64,000 bases of DNA from the human T2T-CHM13v2.0 reference genome, Homo sapiens. The notes beneath the pieces were generated by a model. That model was not told where the DNA came from, made no database searches, and worked only from the letters and a program-made list of their open reading frames with translations. A program made the translations under genes and the position numbers. The stretch lies in NCBI RefSeq assembly GCF_009914755.1, contig NC_060934.1, one strand, 5' to 3'. Numbering within the stretch: the first letter of the stretch is position 1; every line of letters begins with the position of its first letter. Below are positions 44,341 to 57,672 of this stretch, in pieces.

Positions 44341-46792
44341 GACACTGTGCCTTTCTGTCACCTTGTGGCAGCACAGGGAGCCAAAAAGCCCACAGGAGTC
44401 TTTTTCTGCCAGTTTTATAAGGCATTTTATAGTTGGCAAATGCCTGGCCATTGGCCTTTAACCAGAGCAAGCCCAGTGGCCATTGCCCTCTAGTGGAAAA
44501 GCTGCCCACACCTCCAGAACCTCTCAATGAGGCTAGGCACCCATGTTTTGAGTACATAAGGTGGTTGCATCCAATGGTGTCCCACATGCGGTGGGTGAAG
44601 AAGAGGCTTTCCTGGGAGAAGAGAAAATGCTGGGTCTGAGCTTGCAGAATGTGCTGGGGGCAGTGCAGTTGTGGGGGGTTATGGTGGTACATGGCCAGAG
44701 GGGCGTAGGAGGACTGGGTGGGGTGCCCCTGAGAGCTTCTGGATGCCTAAGCCTACGCAAACTGAGAAAGCCTGTTAGAACAGGGTCTCACGGGCCTGAG
44801 GAATACCTGGGTGAAAGGCAGTAGGACAGCCATGAGCCTGAGACCTGACACTAGTGTGAGCAGCAGGGAAATAGGGGTCCGGCTTAACAAAACCCCCTGG
44901 ACTGCAATACAGGTGGTTGACAAGGAAGAACAGTTCAGTGGCAGACTGCTGGGCACTGCCTTCCCAGATGGATGAAGATGAGTAATGCCTGTCCCCAAGC
45001 CAGGGCCCAGCTTGTGGTTGAGGCTGTCCATTGTGGTGGATTCAAGTGCGCTTGCTCAAGTAGGGATGCTACCGACAACCCTCAGGACTTGGGCCGCGAA
45101 CACTGTTAGCTTCCTGGCTGGCTTGCGCTTGCCAAAACAAGGCTGGAAAATGCATGGCTGCACAAGCTGAAAAAATGAATGATCTCTTCTGTTATTAGAC
45201 CTTCAGAGAGACGGTGACCGGGTGGAACTTGAATGGAAGAACACCTAATGTGATCAGCTATCGTAGGCTTTGGACGCTCCCATTCATGCCAACACAGCTG
45301 GTCAGCACTCCCTGTTGATCTCCAAAACTCTGAGTGCAAGCTGGCCCAAACACCAAGGGAAATAATGTCTCTGATCTGGACGTCCAGCGTGAAGCTGCGT
45401 CTTCTCACGTGACCAGACGATCAACACTCAGTGGGTCTCAGTGTTTTAAAATCACTGATCTGCAGAAACAGTGCAGCCCAGTCTGCTAGTCTGAAATGTC
45501 TCATACATACAGGGCACCACCTATGATATAACTAGAAATAAATATACTCGCACACATAAATGTGTTTACATTTAAAGGTATTCTGAGGTGCCCTTCTTTA
45601 TGACAGTACAACCCAGAAAGTGTGTAGCATGTAAACATGTGTATCAACAAATAAATTGAAATATACATGTGTCGACGTAGATCTTTGCTGCACTCTCCAC
45701 CAGTCTACCTTGGTGTTTCTCCATGCAGGTGATTACAAAACATAAAATATACATATTCTTATGAAGGAATAAATTTGAATATTTGGTATAATTATATAGA
45801 TTTATATATAAATAGATATATTTAAAATAAATATATAAATACAAACAATATATTTAAAATAAGCATGTAAATACAAACACCTATGTATAAAATAATCATT
45901 ATCCAAAACTCACTGAAAAACCCACATGTGCTACAAACAGATGTACCTGCGTGAATATTAGGGGCCATTGGTCCCCTGGGGCCTTCATGCCACCTACTAG
46001 CAGCCTAGGAAACCCTAAGGCCAGCAGGAGTCCTTTCCTGCCAGGTCCATGTCACTGGTCGTGGATGGGAAACACCTGGCCATTGCCCTTTAACAAGAGG
46101 CAGTCCAAGGGCCATCACCCTCCATTGAGAAAAATGGGCAGTTTCCCAGAACTTGTGCATCAGGTTAGCTGGGCTTCTTTGGAACACTTCAGGTGTGGGC
46201 AATATGATTAGTTTGGTGAGGAGAGAAGAGGCTTTCCATGGAGAGAAAGAAGGGTCTGACCCTCAGGATGCACTGGGAGCGGAGAAAGGCAGGTGCAGTA
46301 AGATGGCGCAGGGTGGAGGGACAGGCAGGCCACAGTGAGACTGCACCGAGTGCCTTTGAGAGCAAGTGCCTTGGGGACCAAGAGCAGCAGCGTGACTTCC
46401 CCCAAACACCGAGGGAAGCAATGGTCCTGACGCCCAAAGTCAAATGCACAGCTGCATCTTCCCTCTGGGCCAGAGAATCAACACTGGATGGGGCCTGAGC
46501 TTTGGGAATCACTGATCTGGAGGAACAGGGAGCCCCAGGCTGTCGATCTGGAGTGTTTCACACATGCAGGGCCCCAGCTAAGACATAGCGAGAAATAGAT
46601 ATATCCACACACAGAAATGTGTGTTTGTTAAAGATAGAAGGGCATGTGTGACATGTGAATATATGTGTCAGCATATAAATAAAGATTCATATATATACAT
46701 ATATATATTCATACAGGAAACTGTGTAGTGCTTTCTGCCTGTCCATGGTGGTGTTTCTCCATTTAGGCAAGAAGAAAACCTATCTCCCTATG

Positions 46793-46793
<1 letters not shown>

Positions 46794-46844
<51 letters not shown>

Positions 46845-46845
46845 C
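46794..46845. repeat. (TATC)n microsatellite
   Basis: Directly visible. Confidence 0.95.
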
Positions 46846-47581
46846 ATCCACACACATAAATACAGACATATTTATATACATAAGTGAATGTAAATATTCT
46901 GTGTAATTATCTATATTTATATATAGAAAAACGTGAACAAATATATAAATATAGGTATATATGTACAAGTCTCTATGTATAAAATAAACATAACCCAAAC
47001 ATGTCACCCCAAGTCCACACAGATGCACTTGCACTTATACTAGAAGCCGTTGGGCCCCCTTACTGCAGACTGGCAGTGGAGTGAACAAAAGGCCTGAAGC
47101 CTCCTTTCTGCCAGTTCCGTGTGAGCCTCCACAAATGACAAACACCTGAACATGGCCCTTTGACCAGATCCAGTCAAGGGCCATCGTCTTCTAGTGGGAA
47201 AGCTGCCCACTTATGCAGAAGCTGTCAGTCAGGACAGGGCCTCCTCTTTTGATAGTTGAGGTGGGGACATAGAGAGGCGTCTCAGTTTGGGTGGAGGCAG
47301 GGGAGGCTTTCCAGGAGGATGAAAACAGGCTAGGTCTGAACACACAGGAGGCACTGGGTGCAGCGTGAATCTGGGTGGGGTAAAGGGCTCTTGGGCCAGA
47401 GGGACAGCGAGGCCAGGACAGGATGGCTCTGAGTGCTCCTGAGAGCATTTGGGGAACAGGAAAGTGACCCCCAATTTATTCTGAAGACTGCACAGACCTG
47501 CATGAGCCTGTTACCACAGGCCCCAGCTGCATCTCGAGAAACCAGGGCAGACCCGGAGAACACTTGGATTAAAGACACCTG

Positions 47582-47850
47582 AGAGGGAGGCCAAGGCGGG
47601 CGGATCACTTGAGGTCAGGAGTTCGAGACCAGCCTGGCCAACGTGGGGAAAACCCATCTCTACTAAAACTATAAAAAAACTAGCGGGGCATGGTGGTGGG
47701 TGCCTGTAATCCCAGCTACTCAGGAGGCTGAGGCAGAAGAATCACTTGAACCTGGAAGGCGGAGGTTGCAGCGGGACAAGATCGCACCACTATATCCAGC
47801 CTGAGCGACAGAGCGAGACTCCATCTAAAATAATAATTAAAAAAAAAAAA
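47582..47850 (+). mobile_element. 5'-truncated AluS inserted into an array unit
   Basis: TSD aaagacacctg at 47571-47581 and 47849-47859. Confidence 0.93.
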
Positions 47851-49794
47851 AGACACCTGGGAGCCTATGGGCTCGAGGCTTCGTCCAAAACTTAGAGAAT
47901 CATGGAAACGGGTCTGGCTTGACAAAACTTTCTGGTCCACAGTGTAGGTGGCAAACGAGGAAAACCAGGTCAGAGGTAGATGCTAGATATGGCCATCCAC
48001 AGGGGATGGATGATGCCTTTCAGAGAATTCGGGTCCAGCTTGTGGGTGACGCAGGTCCATCCCAGGAGGCTGAACTGCACGCGCACAAGTGGGGAGTCCC
48101 CAGGGAGCCCTGAGGTTCCGGGCCTGGCATCTGGCCTTGGGACAGCAGCAGTGCTAGCTTTCTGCACAGACTTCGGGTCGCCAAGTCTAGGCTGAAAAAT
48201 GTATCGCCTTACACCCAAAAGAAAGCCCTATCTCTTCTGTTTTTTGAAGCTCAGGGAGGTAGCAACCAGATGGAACAGCTGTGCCTTCCACTCTCCCAGA
48301 AGGTAAACAATTGGTGGGGCTCAGTGTGTGGAAACTGCTGCTCTGGAGAATGGAGCAGTGCGGTCTGCCGGTCTGGAGTGCTTCACACATACAGGGCACC
48401 AGCTAAGGCATAACTCAAATAAACACATACACAAATCCATGTCTATATTTTTAATATACGAAGAAATAGATAACATATATAAATATTTGCATCAACATAT
48501 ACATAAATACAAATTAAAACATAGATATTTATGCATGGAACTTTTTAGAGCTCTTTCCCTTTGTGGTGCTGTGCCTCCAGGCAGGAACAAGAAAGCCTAC
48601 ATATGTAAATTAATACGTAAAAACATGTATTACTTAGTAAACATACATAACCACATAGATTTATATACAAATATGGATGTATGTATGTACATATATTCAT
48701 ATATAAATATTTGTATGTATGTATATTCATATATAAATTATACACCCCCAAGCATGTGGGCATACACACACACACACACACACATAAACTGTACATAACC
48801 CAAAAATCTCACACAAAGACACACACCCTCCCACACACAGATGCACGTACTTTTACACTCCTGGCTGTTGGGCAATGCTGCCACCTACTGGCAGGGAGCC
48901 AAAAAGCCACATTACATGGCCCCTTTGCAGATGGTAAACACCCACTGTTTTTGAGGCCTACCGATAGTGCTTTGTTTGTATGTATGTATGTATATATGTG
49001 CACATATATATATTTCATATAGAATATACAGTTAATATAGCTATATTACATCATGATGAAATTGAGTGTAATCTCTATAATAGAGAAAAATATATACATC
49101 TATAAATATAAATGTATAAAACAAACACAGCCAGAAAATAAACACACACAAACAAAAAACAGATGCAAATACATTTATACTAGGGATCATTGGGCCCTCT
49201 TGCCACCTGCAAATATATTTATGTGAAATCGTTTGTAAAAGCTATGATATATAGTTAGAAATATATATACATATATAAATATAAATGTATACAATAAATA
49301 CAACCCTGTTTTATGCAAAAAATCTCCAAGTAAAGGGCATCTAAATTTAGTAAACTTTGCTGTGCAATAAATGTTGCAAATAAGATCTTTGAAAATGTCC
49401 TCCATGGCTTCTTCTCTGGGGAATATTCCCAGGATGTGATGGTTGGGACATAAAGTATACGCATAATTATTTTCACTAAGTGCGAAGAAAATCTCCAAGT
49501 GTGTCTGAATCTTTGAGATAAAGCATGAACATGTCCACCTACATTTCCACTAATTATGGCATAATCCAAATTTCTAAAATTAATAAATTGATATAAAGTG
49601 CTCTTTTGTGTCATTTATCTCATGACTAATTTTTCTGAGTTCCCCTTCACATATTTTTAACTATTAAAGTTTTTCCTACTTTGAATTACCTATTCATATG
49701 CTTCTCGGTGTTCTGTTGGATTTCCCAAGTCTTTTCTTGTTAATGTAAAATAGTTTCTTAAAAAGGAATCATTACAATTATGGAATGAAGTGTT

Positions 49795-50300
49795 TTGTGT
49801 GTCTAAGAATCCTAGTTTCTTCCGGGTATTTTTTTCTCCCATTTTTTCTTAGTAACTACAGCCCCACATATTCAGTTGCTAACATCATCATCCATGTAGA
49901 TACTACACTTCTTAGCCTCCCTTGCAGGTCAGTGTGGCCATGGAACTAAAGTCAGGAAAGTGAGGTAGAGGCGGAATTGTTTGTCTGTGACTTCCAGGGA
50001 CTTTCCTTATGGGAGGAGGTCTTTTGTTTTTTCTACTCCTTTTTCATGACTGTAGCTTGGGATGCAGTTGTGTTTCCTGGAGCTCCAGCAGTCGTATGTG
50101 ACTATGAGGAAGTGAGCTGTGCCCTGGGCACAGCTGGGGAGTGCGGAATTTTGATGGCTCATGAAGCGGAGCTGCCACAGCAAACCTGGATGGCCAAGCC
50201 TCTGCCTGATTTTACATGAGCAAGAAGTATGCTAACTTCTCTAAGGGACTGTTATTTTGGGGATTCTCTGTCACCTTCAATTGAACCTTATTCTATGTAA
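49795..50300. mobile_element. MLT1 (MaLR) LTR
   Basis: ctacacttcttagcctcccttgcaggtcagtgtggccatggaactaa is an MLT1H/I-like motif. Confidence 0.65.
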
Positions 50301-51149
50301 GAGAGGCTACATATAGATCTACTCCATAAACACTGATCATAGAGAAGGATCATGGATGACACAGGCAATGTGGCTTTGCCATCATGAATCGGTCAAGATT
50401 ATTCCATTTTCACTTCTGGGTACCTTGAATGTGGTGTTTGACACGTGTTTCTTTTTCCCTTATCACAATTTTAGCTCATTTAACGACTGCTGGGCTAACC
50501 ATGGCACATTCTTTTTCTGCATGTATCATACATCAAGGTTCATGTCACTGTGTGATATCAGTGTCATTGTGACATCTGTAAGAGGATACAGGAGCAACAG
50601 TGCAACAGAGTCACCTCTTGCAGCTGATGTATTCCCTTAGGTTTAAGTGAACAGGAAAGTAGACAGATTGGCAACAGGGAGCTCAAAAACAGTCTGTCAG
50701 ATGAGGTCACAGAAACTATGTGCAAATTTAATACAATTAGTTTGGTGAGGAGAGAAGAGGCTTTCGTGGAGAGAGAGAAGGATCTGAGCTCTCAGGATGC
50801 ACTGGGAGCAGAGAAAGGCAGGTGCAGTAAGATGGCGCAGCTCTGTCCTCAGCTGCATGTGCCTCTGCACAACAGGTTTCTATTCGGGAAGGGCAGCGTA
50901 GTTCTTCTCACATTTTTCCCCTTTGTTTTCTCCCAGGCTTCAGGGTAAAGCAGAAGATTCATGAGAGGGTGTCTGCAGGCTGGTCCTAAAGTGCTTTTCT
51001 CCACAGGAATGTCACCTGGGCACTGCAGCCAGGGGTCCCAGGTGCCACTGAGTAGGGCTGCATTCCCATCTTCAGTGAGGGAGAGCTGAGAGAAGGCAGG
51101 CAGGATTCACACTTCCCTCACCCACTTGCTTAAGCAATACATTAAAGGT

Positions 51150-51512
51150 TCAAACTAAAAGAAACCTGAGATCTTACAGAAGCATTTAGAACCATGTATA
51201 AAGTGTGGATCACTTTTAAATATTTGAAAATGCACACAAACCACATGAAGCTACTTCAGGTGAAGGATTTCTGGCTAAATGGACTTGACAAGATTCTTGC
51301 TGAATGCAAGCTGGGGTGATAAGATAATCACTGGGGAAATGGTGGGGAATAAGGAATTGGATCAGATATCAAGGGTGGGAGATTCTGGCAAAACCAACTT
51401 GGCAGGAGTCTTGCTAAAACTGGGCTCTGGAGAACACTCTAAGGATGAGGCCTAGTCAAAAAAGAGCTCAGAGAAGCCTGTCTAGAGTTTTGTTAGGGAC
51501 AGCCTCTTTGTC
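51150..51512 (-). mobile_element. MER31-like LTR
   Basis: - strand begins gacaaagaggctgtccctaacaaaactctagacaggcttctctgagctc. Confidence 0.6.
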
Positions 51513-51599
51513 GTTGTTTGTATACATACACAGATACACAAATAAATACACATATATAAATACAATTAGTTTATTCCAGTTGATATACTTATTTAAAGT

Positions 51600-51760
51600 T
51601 GCATTGGTTTTTGAGTACCGCAAATTTACCAGCTTAAAACAACACAAATGAATTATCTCATAGTTCTGTGGGTCAGGAATCTGGGCACAGGTTGGCTGGG
51701 CCCTCTGCTCGGGGTGGCGTCTCATTTCAGAATTCAGATCATCTTTCAAGCCATGTAACT
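51600..51760 (-). mobile_element. MLT1 LTR fragment
   Basis: gcttaaaacaacacaaatgaattatctcatagttctgtgggtcaggaatctgggcacagg. Confidence 0.7.
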
Positions 51761-53179
51761 AGGTAAGTGGAGGCTCCTGATGAAATGTCCTACAGGGGCA
51801 TGGATTAGGAGAAACCCCATGAGCTTTAAACCCTGAGAGTCAAGGCTAGATTCATTCCCAAAGAGCATACTTAAAGAGTGGAAGAGGCACTTTCAGAAGA
51901 GGCTGTGGGACAGAAACCAAAAAAGGCAGTCTTTGTTGTTGCCAATAACAACAGAAATGTCATTTGCCCCATCAGTACCTTGAAATAACGCAAGATAACA
52001 ACCTCCTTTTGTCTAAGTCCTAGAAACGTCATAACTTGCTTGTCCTGCACAGTCTGGGTTTATAGCTCTTGAACCACCCCCTGTCCATTTGGCATTGGCA
52101 TGAATAGTGATGTTTTCTCATTTAAAATAAAATAAAATATTTAACTGCTGCCTTAAAAATACTCTAGGATGGATTTTAATACTGTTCCCTTTTCACTTCT
52201 GGCTTCTGCCCCTCTTTCCAAACTGACCTAGCATCTCAGTGTCACTGGCCTCACGAAGGGTGCCTGTGGCTGTAATGAGGTTGTGCACTGACACCGATGC
52301 CTGGGATAGCAGAATCCTTCCACGCCTGGGTGGAGGTGGGAGAGTCAGCTGCTGTCCCTGGTGCTCCCACAGCTCGACCTCAGCTCACCTCGGCTGCTTG
52401 AGCCACAGTCCTTGCTAGGGCCTGGAGATGCACAAGGCCAGGTGGAATGGTCAGAGGGACACCCGCGAAACTACAGGTTAAGTGCAAGAAAACAAATGCA
52501 GGCAAAGAAGACCTCGCTATAGTGACTCTGTGTAGAAAAAAACTGTAATTATTTATTTTACTGTTTGTAACTTTTTTTGCAATAATCCTTGCCGTACAAA
52601 TGATCTAAAAAAGTACATTTTGGTTTGAAAATAAACACATAACTGGATTTCCATTCTCAAGAAAGCAGATGATAAATATATAACCTATGTAAAATGTTTA
52701 TAGCCTCATCCACTAAGGGTCTATAGTGATATCACTGACCACATAAATATAGAAGACACATGTCTCTTAAAAAAGTGTTATCATAAACTTGAACATGTGA
52801 TAGTTATTTTAAGGAACCTATGCCTATAAAGAACGTAAAACATGAAAATATGTAAAGTACATTTACCTATTACACTGCAAAAAATGTTTCATATTTATTT
52901 AGATTGACTGTTTCTCTAAATTAATTTTGTTCACTTTAGATTGTAAATTCTTGGCATATAAAAAAATTAAGTGATAGCTGTAAGAGGTTGTCTGGAATAC
53001 CCCAAAGAGAATTGTTCACACTGTGAAATAATGTCACTACCATACTGATGTCACGAGATGCTTCAAATTAAAGAGCAGTTAATTCTAATAATAGGTTGCT
53101 TTTAATCCTTTTTATGGAATCAAAGTATAGCTTTTCATCCTGTCAAAGGTGAAATTCCTGACATTATTTTAGATGCTAC

Positions 53180-53640
53180 TGTAAATTTAGAAGAACAAAA
53201 AATTCACTGATTTTTAGTATATTAACTACGTTGCACAACCATCACTATTATCTAACTCCAGAGTATTTCCATCATCCCCAAAAGAAACCCTGTACCTATT
53301 AGCAGTCAGTCCCAATTCTCCCTTCCTCCCATCTCCTGGCAACCACGAATCTACTTTTTGTCTCTATGAATATACCTATTGTGGACATTTCATATAAATG
53401 GAATCATAAAATATATGGTCTTTTGTGCCTGGCTTCTCTCACTTAGCACAATGTTTTCAAGGCTCATCTATATTGTAGCATGTAGCAACATAAATTCATT
53501 TTTATAGCTGAATAGTTTTTGGATAGATCACAGTTTTGTTTATCCATTCATCAGCTGATAGGCATTGAATTGCTTCTTTTTTTTTTTTTTTTTTTGTCTA
53601 TTTTGCGTAATGCTGCTCCAAACATTCTTGCACAGTCCTT
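53180..53640 (-). mobile_element. L1MB 3' end
   Basis: caaccatcactatt...ccccaaaagaaaccctgtacctattagcagtc...ggacatttcatataaatggaatcata. Confidence 0.85.
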
Positions 53641-55633
53641 ATTGATTTTTAGGGCGACGATCATGGATCCCAGGCAACCATCATGGGTTGATCAGCAATT
53701 GAGTAAATCTGAAACCAGTATTTTATTTTTAGGTACTTTTCAGTTTCTGTTATGATCTTGACAACAGGGAGTGCTGGGTTCTGGAACATGATTATGTTCT
53801 AGGAATTGGAGATTGCTATATTTTCTAAAATCTGTAGATGTGGAACACAGTGAGGTCTAATTTTGTATGCTCTGTGAATGCTTTGGATCCTTAAAAAGGG
53901 AGGCTCCTGAGGGACTTAGCAGCAAACAGACACAATTTCTGAGGTCCAGAAGGAACTGCACCCACTCCACAGAAAGACAGTCAGGCTGCAGTCCCTGAAA
54001 AAATGCAGGTGGAGAATTCATAGAATTGAAATTGAACAGAATGAGAAGCTGGGGAGAATGATTTTGCATTTAAGGTTGGGATTTGGGACTTTCATTTATT
54101 TGGATTCATACCACACAACAAAGACAGCAGGTTTTTTTTTTCTTTCAGATTTTCACCCTTTTAGACTTTAAATTAGATATTTGGGATTTTAATTTTTTAA
54201 AGGTTTTCATATTTGAATTTAATCATATCATTGGAAATTATTAATGGGAGGGAGATTATATTTAACTTTAGAGCATCAGTATGTATTAACATATGATGGT
54301 TGGAATATTTTAGTGTTGTTATTTAATCTCATAGCATAAACTTTGAGGGCTATATTGGGCAATATATAGCTGGACAAAATCTGAAATATGAAATAGAACA
54401 GAAATGAAGTTTCAGCTTTAAATTCAGAATGGCCATCAATGACCTTAATGACTTCAATTAATATACAATCCTGTTCCACATCAGAGTCTGGAGCAAAATC
54501 TAATTCTTTCAGCACAAAGAAAGATCCCAGAAGGTCCCAGAAAAATCCACAAAAGAGAATACAAGGGCAACTATTTTATTAGAACAAATATTTCTTTATG
54601 ATGGTTAATGTATACATGATAGTTCTATGCTAAGAATGCCTCACTGGCGTAATCTTTTGAGGGCATCCAAAGAAATAATTAGAGACCCACATTTAGAGTA
54701 AAAATTTAAAAGATGTAACACAAGATAAGTCTTCTATTCAAAGGTAAGAAAAAGCACAGGAAATGATGATTATATTATCACTTACTCTTCCATCTGTACG
54801 ATGGAAAGTTTGTTTTGCTGTAGATTTTTAAAGCAGCTTGAACTTAGAAATATTAAAGTGTGGAAAAAAAACCCTAAGAACTTTCCTCTCGTAGTACAAT
54901 CTTTGTTTGCATCCTCCATTACCAGGTGTATAAAAGTGGTGATCAGTGTTTTCACCTTGGACCAAAGTGGAGGATAAATTTGCCAGCTCTTCCAGTGTGG
55001 GCCCTGGGAAATAGGCTGGAAACCCACTATGTTCTTTCTGCCTCCTGAACTGCCCATACTAAGTGGGGTTTACCCACATTTCTTTTATTTGCTTCTTCTT
55101 TGCATACTTCTTTCTTGAAAGTGAGTCACTTTTCCAGTTCAGTTATTTTATCTAAATTTGGTTCTAGGTTTGTGGTATAAGTTTGGACCTGTTTCTAGCT
55201 TCAGTATGGAATTACATGCTTCTCAATGTTTTTACTTTTTAGATTCACTTTGGGGGGAAGAGACATTTAAAGAATCTGTGATTACATGGCCATTGAATCC
55301 AATAGTATTCTACTTCTAAAAATGTTTCAGACTTTTTGAAAAATATCTGGCATATTCATTTGATTAATGAATGTGCATTATGGCAGGTGCTGATGAAGAA
55401 TGCCATACATATTTAAAGTGATCTGTAGATTTTTTTAAGTTGGAAAAAAATTCTATGAAAAGTCTCATCTAGCTGCCAAAGTCTAGTAGTGTTGGGGAAA
55501 ATCACATTGTTGTTGTTTTTTTTTTTTTTTCCAAACAGGATTAAATGAAATGTTGCATAACTAGAGTTTACTATTCCACCTGGCATGGGGTGAGTGTCCA
55601 AAAAATGTTGCCTTTTGTTACTATTACTCCTTT

Positions 55634-56193
55634 TTGTTTTTTTTGTTTTTTTTTTTGAGAGTCTCACTTTGCTGCCCAGGCCGGAGGGCAGTGGTACCAT
55701 CATAGCTCACTGCATCCTCGAACTGTGGGGCTCAAGCCATCCTCCTGCCTCAGTCTCCTGAGTAGCTAGGACTACAGGTATGCATCACCACAGCAGGCTA
55801 ATTTTTTAGAAAACTTTTTTTTGGGTAACGATTCTTTTTTTCAAGTGATTCTCCTGCCTCAACCTCCCAAGTAGCTGGGACTTCAGGTGCATACCACCAT
55901 GCCTGGCTGATTTTTAAAACATTTTTTTTTGAGACAGAGTCTCGCTCTGTTGCCCAGGCTGGAGTGCAGTGGTGCAATCTCGGTTCACTGCAACCTCCGC
56001 CCCCCAGGTTGAAGCAATTCTCTGCCTCAGCCTCCTAAGCAACTGGGATTACAGATTCCCACCATCTGTATTGTTAGTAGAGACAGAGTTTCACCATCTT
56101 GGCCAGGCTGGTCTTTAACTCCTGGCCTCAGGCAATCCTCCTACCTCAGCCTCCCAAAGTGCTGGGATTACAGGTGTGAGCCACTGCAACCAG
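55634..56193 (-). mobile_element. Cluster of Alu fragments plus one internally deleted Alu
   Basis: Right-arm pieces at ~55634-55815 and ~55835-55915, then an Alu at ~55922-56193. Confidence 0.88.
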
Positions 56194-56732
56194 CCTTATT
56201 ATTTCTCTTATTCTGCTCAGCCGCATATAATCTAAGGCACATGCGTTTACCCTACGCTTACATAAGACCTTCTCACTTTCTCTTTTTCTCTTCCACTTCT
56301 TCTCCCCAAACCCCACTCTCTCATTCCTCACTTCTCTCTCTTTCTCTTTGATGTGGCCATTTCCACAATCATGCTCTAAATCGTGGTCTATTTTGATTCC
56401 CATCTTTTCTATCAATAACTCTACCAGGCAGTTAATTTCTATATTTATGTTTTGTTCTTATAAAGAATTTTCTATTAAATATTGAGGTATGTTATTAAAC
56501 TTAAAAATAAATTATTTAAATTATGATATCAATTTAGACTGACGTCCTATCTCCTAGTATAAATACAAGCCATCCAAACATTATTGCTTTTGGGGAAATT
56601 CCTTTAATTTTCATGACCTGATCTGCCCATGGGTTTACCAGACTGTCTTTGTAATGCAGAGGAAAGCCTTCTCTGCTTTTCTTTCTTTTTTAAAAATATA
56701 TTTTATTTGTAATTTTATTTTTTTAATTTTAT

Positions 56733-57030
56733 TTATTTATTTATTTTTTGAGATAGAGTCTCACTCTGTCACCCAGGCTGGAGTGCAGTGGCTCGATCTC
56801 TTCTCACTGCAGTCTCCACCTCCCAAGTTCAAGCGATTCTTGTGCCTCAGCCTACTGAGTAGTGGAATTACAGGTGAGTGCCACCATGTCCGGCTAATTT
56901 TTGTATTATTAGTAGAGACAGGGTTTCACCATGTTGGCCAGGCTGATCTCGAACTCCTGATCTGAAGTGATCTGCCCACCTCAGCCTCCCAAAGTGATGG
57001 GATGACAGGCGTGAGCCACTGCGCCCGGCC
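56733..57030 (-). mobile_element. AluS
   Basis: Full dimer. Confidence 0.94.
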
Positions 57031-57672
57031 GGCTTTTCCGTGGCACCACTTGACATTCATAGTGAGTCCGCCCTTGGCACTTCCTCCAGTCTAGCCCCAC
57101 TTGCATTTGTGTAGGAAAAGTTCCACAAAATATGAGGTATTTCGGATGACATCTTGGCTCATGCCTATCTTGGCTTTTTTTTTTTTTTTAAACAATCCAA
57201 CAATTTCTGAGAAGGTGTTTGACTCTTCTCTTCTCAGAGCACTATGTCTTCTGGAAGTCAATCTGCATTTTCAGGGACTGTTGAAAGTCAAGTTATGTGC
57301 TGTTTCTAATGTCCTGGGCCATCTCTCAAGACATTCGCTGATTACTGTGTTAATGTCTAAAAATTGGTTTGAGCTTTTTTTTTTTTTCTTTTCTTTTCTT
57401 CCATGAATGCATCGTCTCAGCTTTCAGAATTAAAGCCTGCCTCTGATCCAAAAATTAAAGTGTAATCATGGACACGATTTTTACAGGAAATCGGAGTTTC
57501 CTAGCTGAAAAAGCAGTGAAATTGACTGTCAAGGAAAGGTGTCTACACTTTTAACAAATATTCTAAAGAAGAAACAAAGAAGCTTTATTGGGGTGTATCA
57601 GAATACTGAGGGAAATGATTACTTAAAATGGGCCTGATTTTGGCAATGATTATTTAATATATGAAAAAAGTG

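Larger units (their letters stand above)
43470..49260. repeat. Degenerate tandem array of ~1.0-1.8 kb units (at least 4 copies), family unidentified
   Basis: Block cagctgcatctt..atcaacact..atcactgatctggagaaacag..cacatacagggcaccagctaag..gaaataaa at ~43610, ~45390, ~46445 and ~48270. Block cctggccattg.cctttaac...agaggctttcc..ggtctga at ~44440, ~46075 and ~47145. AT/CA-rich spacers in between. Confidence 0.85.

Noticed and set aside
44068-44692. HT-rich and CV-rich ORFs up to 191 aa
   Set aside because: Largely (CA)n minisatellite; the frame is not preserved in sister units.
43470-49260. Array read as CRISPR-like, or as FAM90A, POM121L/NPAP1, SPATA31, FRG2, PRR23 or LRRC37 pseudogenes
   Set aside because: Primate DNA with kb-scale degenerate units, and none of the recalled family motifs could be matched. 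Left unidentified.
50730-51572. 14-mer aatacaattagttt at 50730 and 51559 as a target-site duplication
   Set aside because: The interval contains unrelated unique DNA and an old LTR and has no A-tail; an AT-rich chance match or microhomology is more likely.
54276-54515. ORF LKELDFAPDSDVEQDCILIEVIKVIDGHSEFKAETS
   Set aside because: Non-ATG start, no convincing splice pair, no recognisable family.
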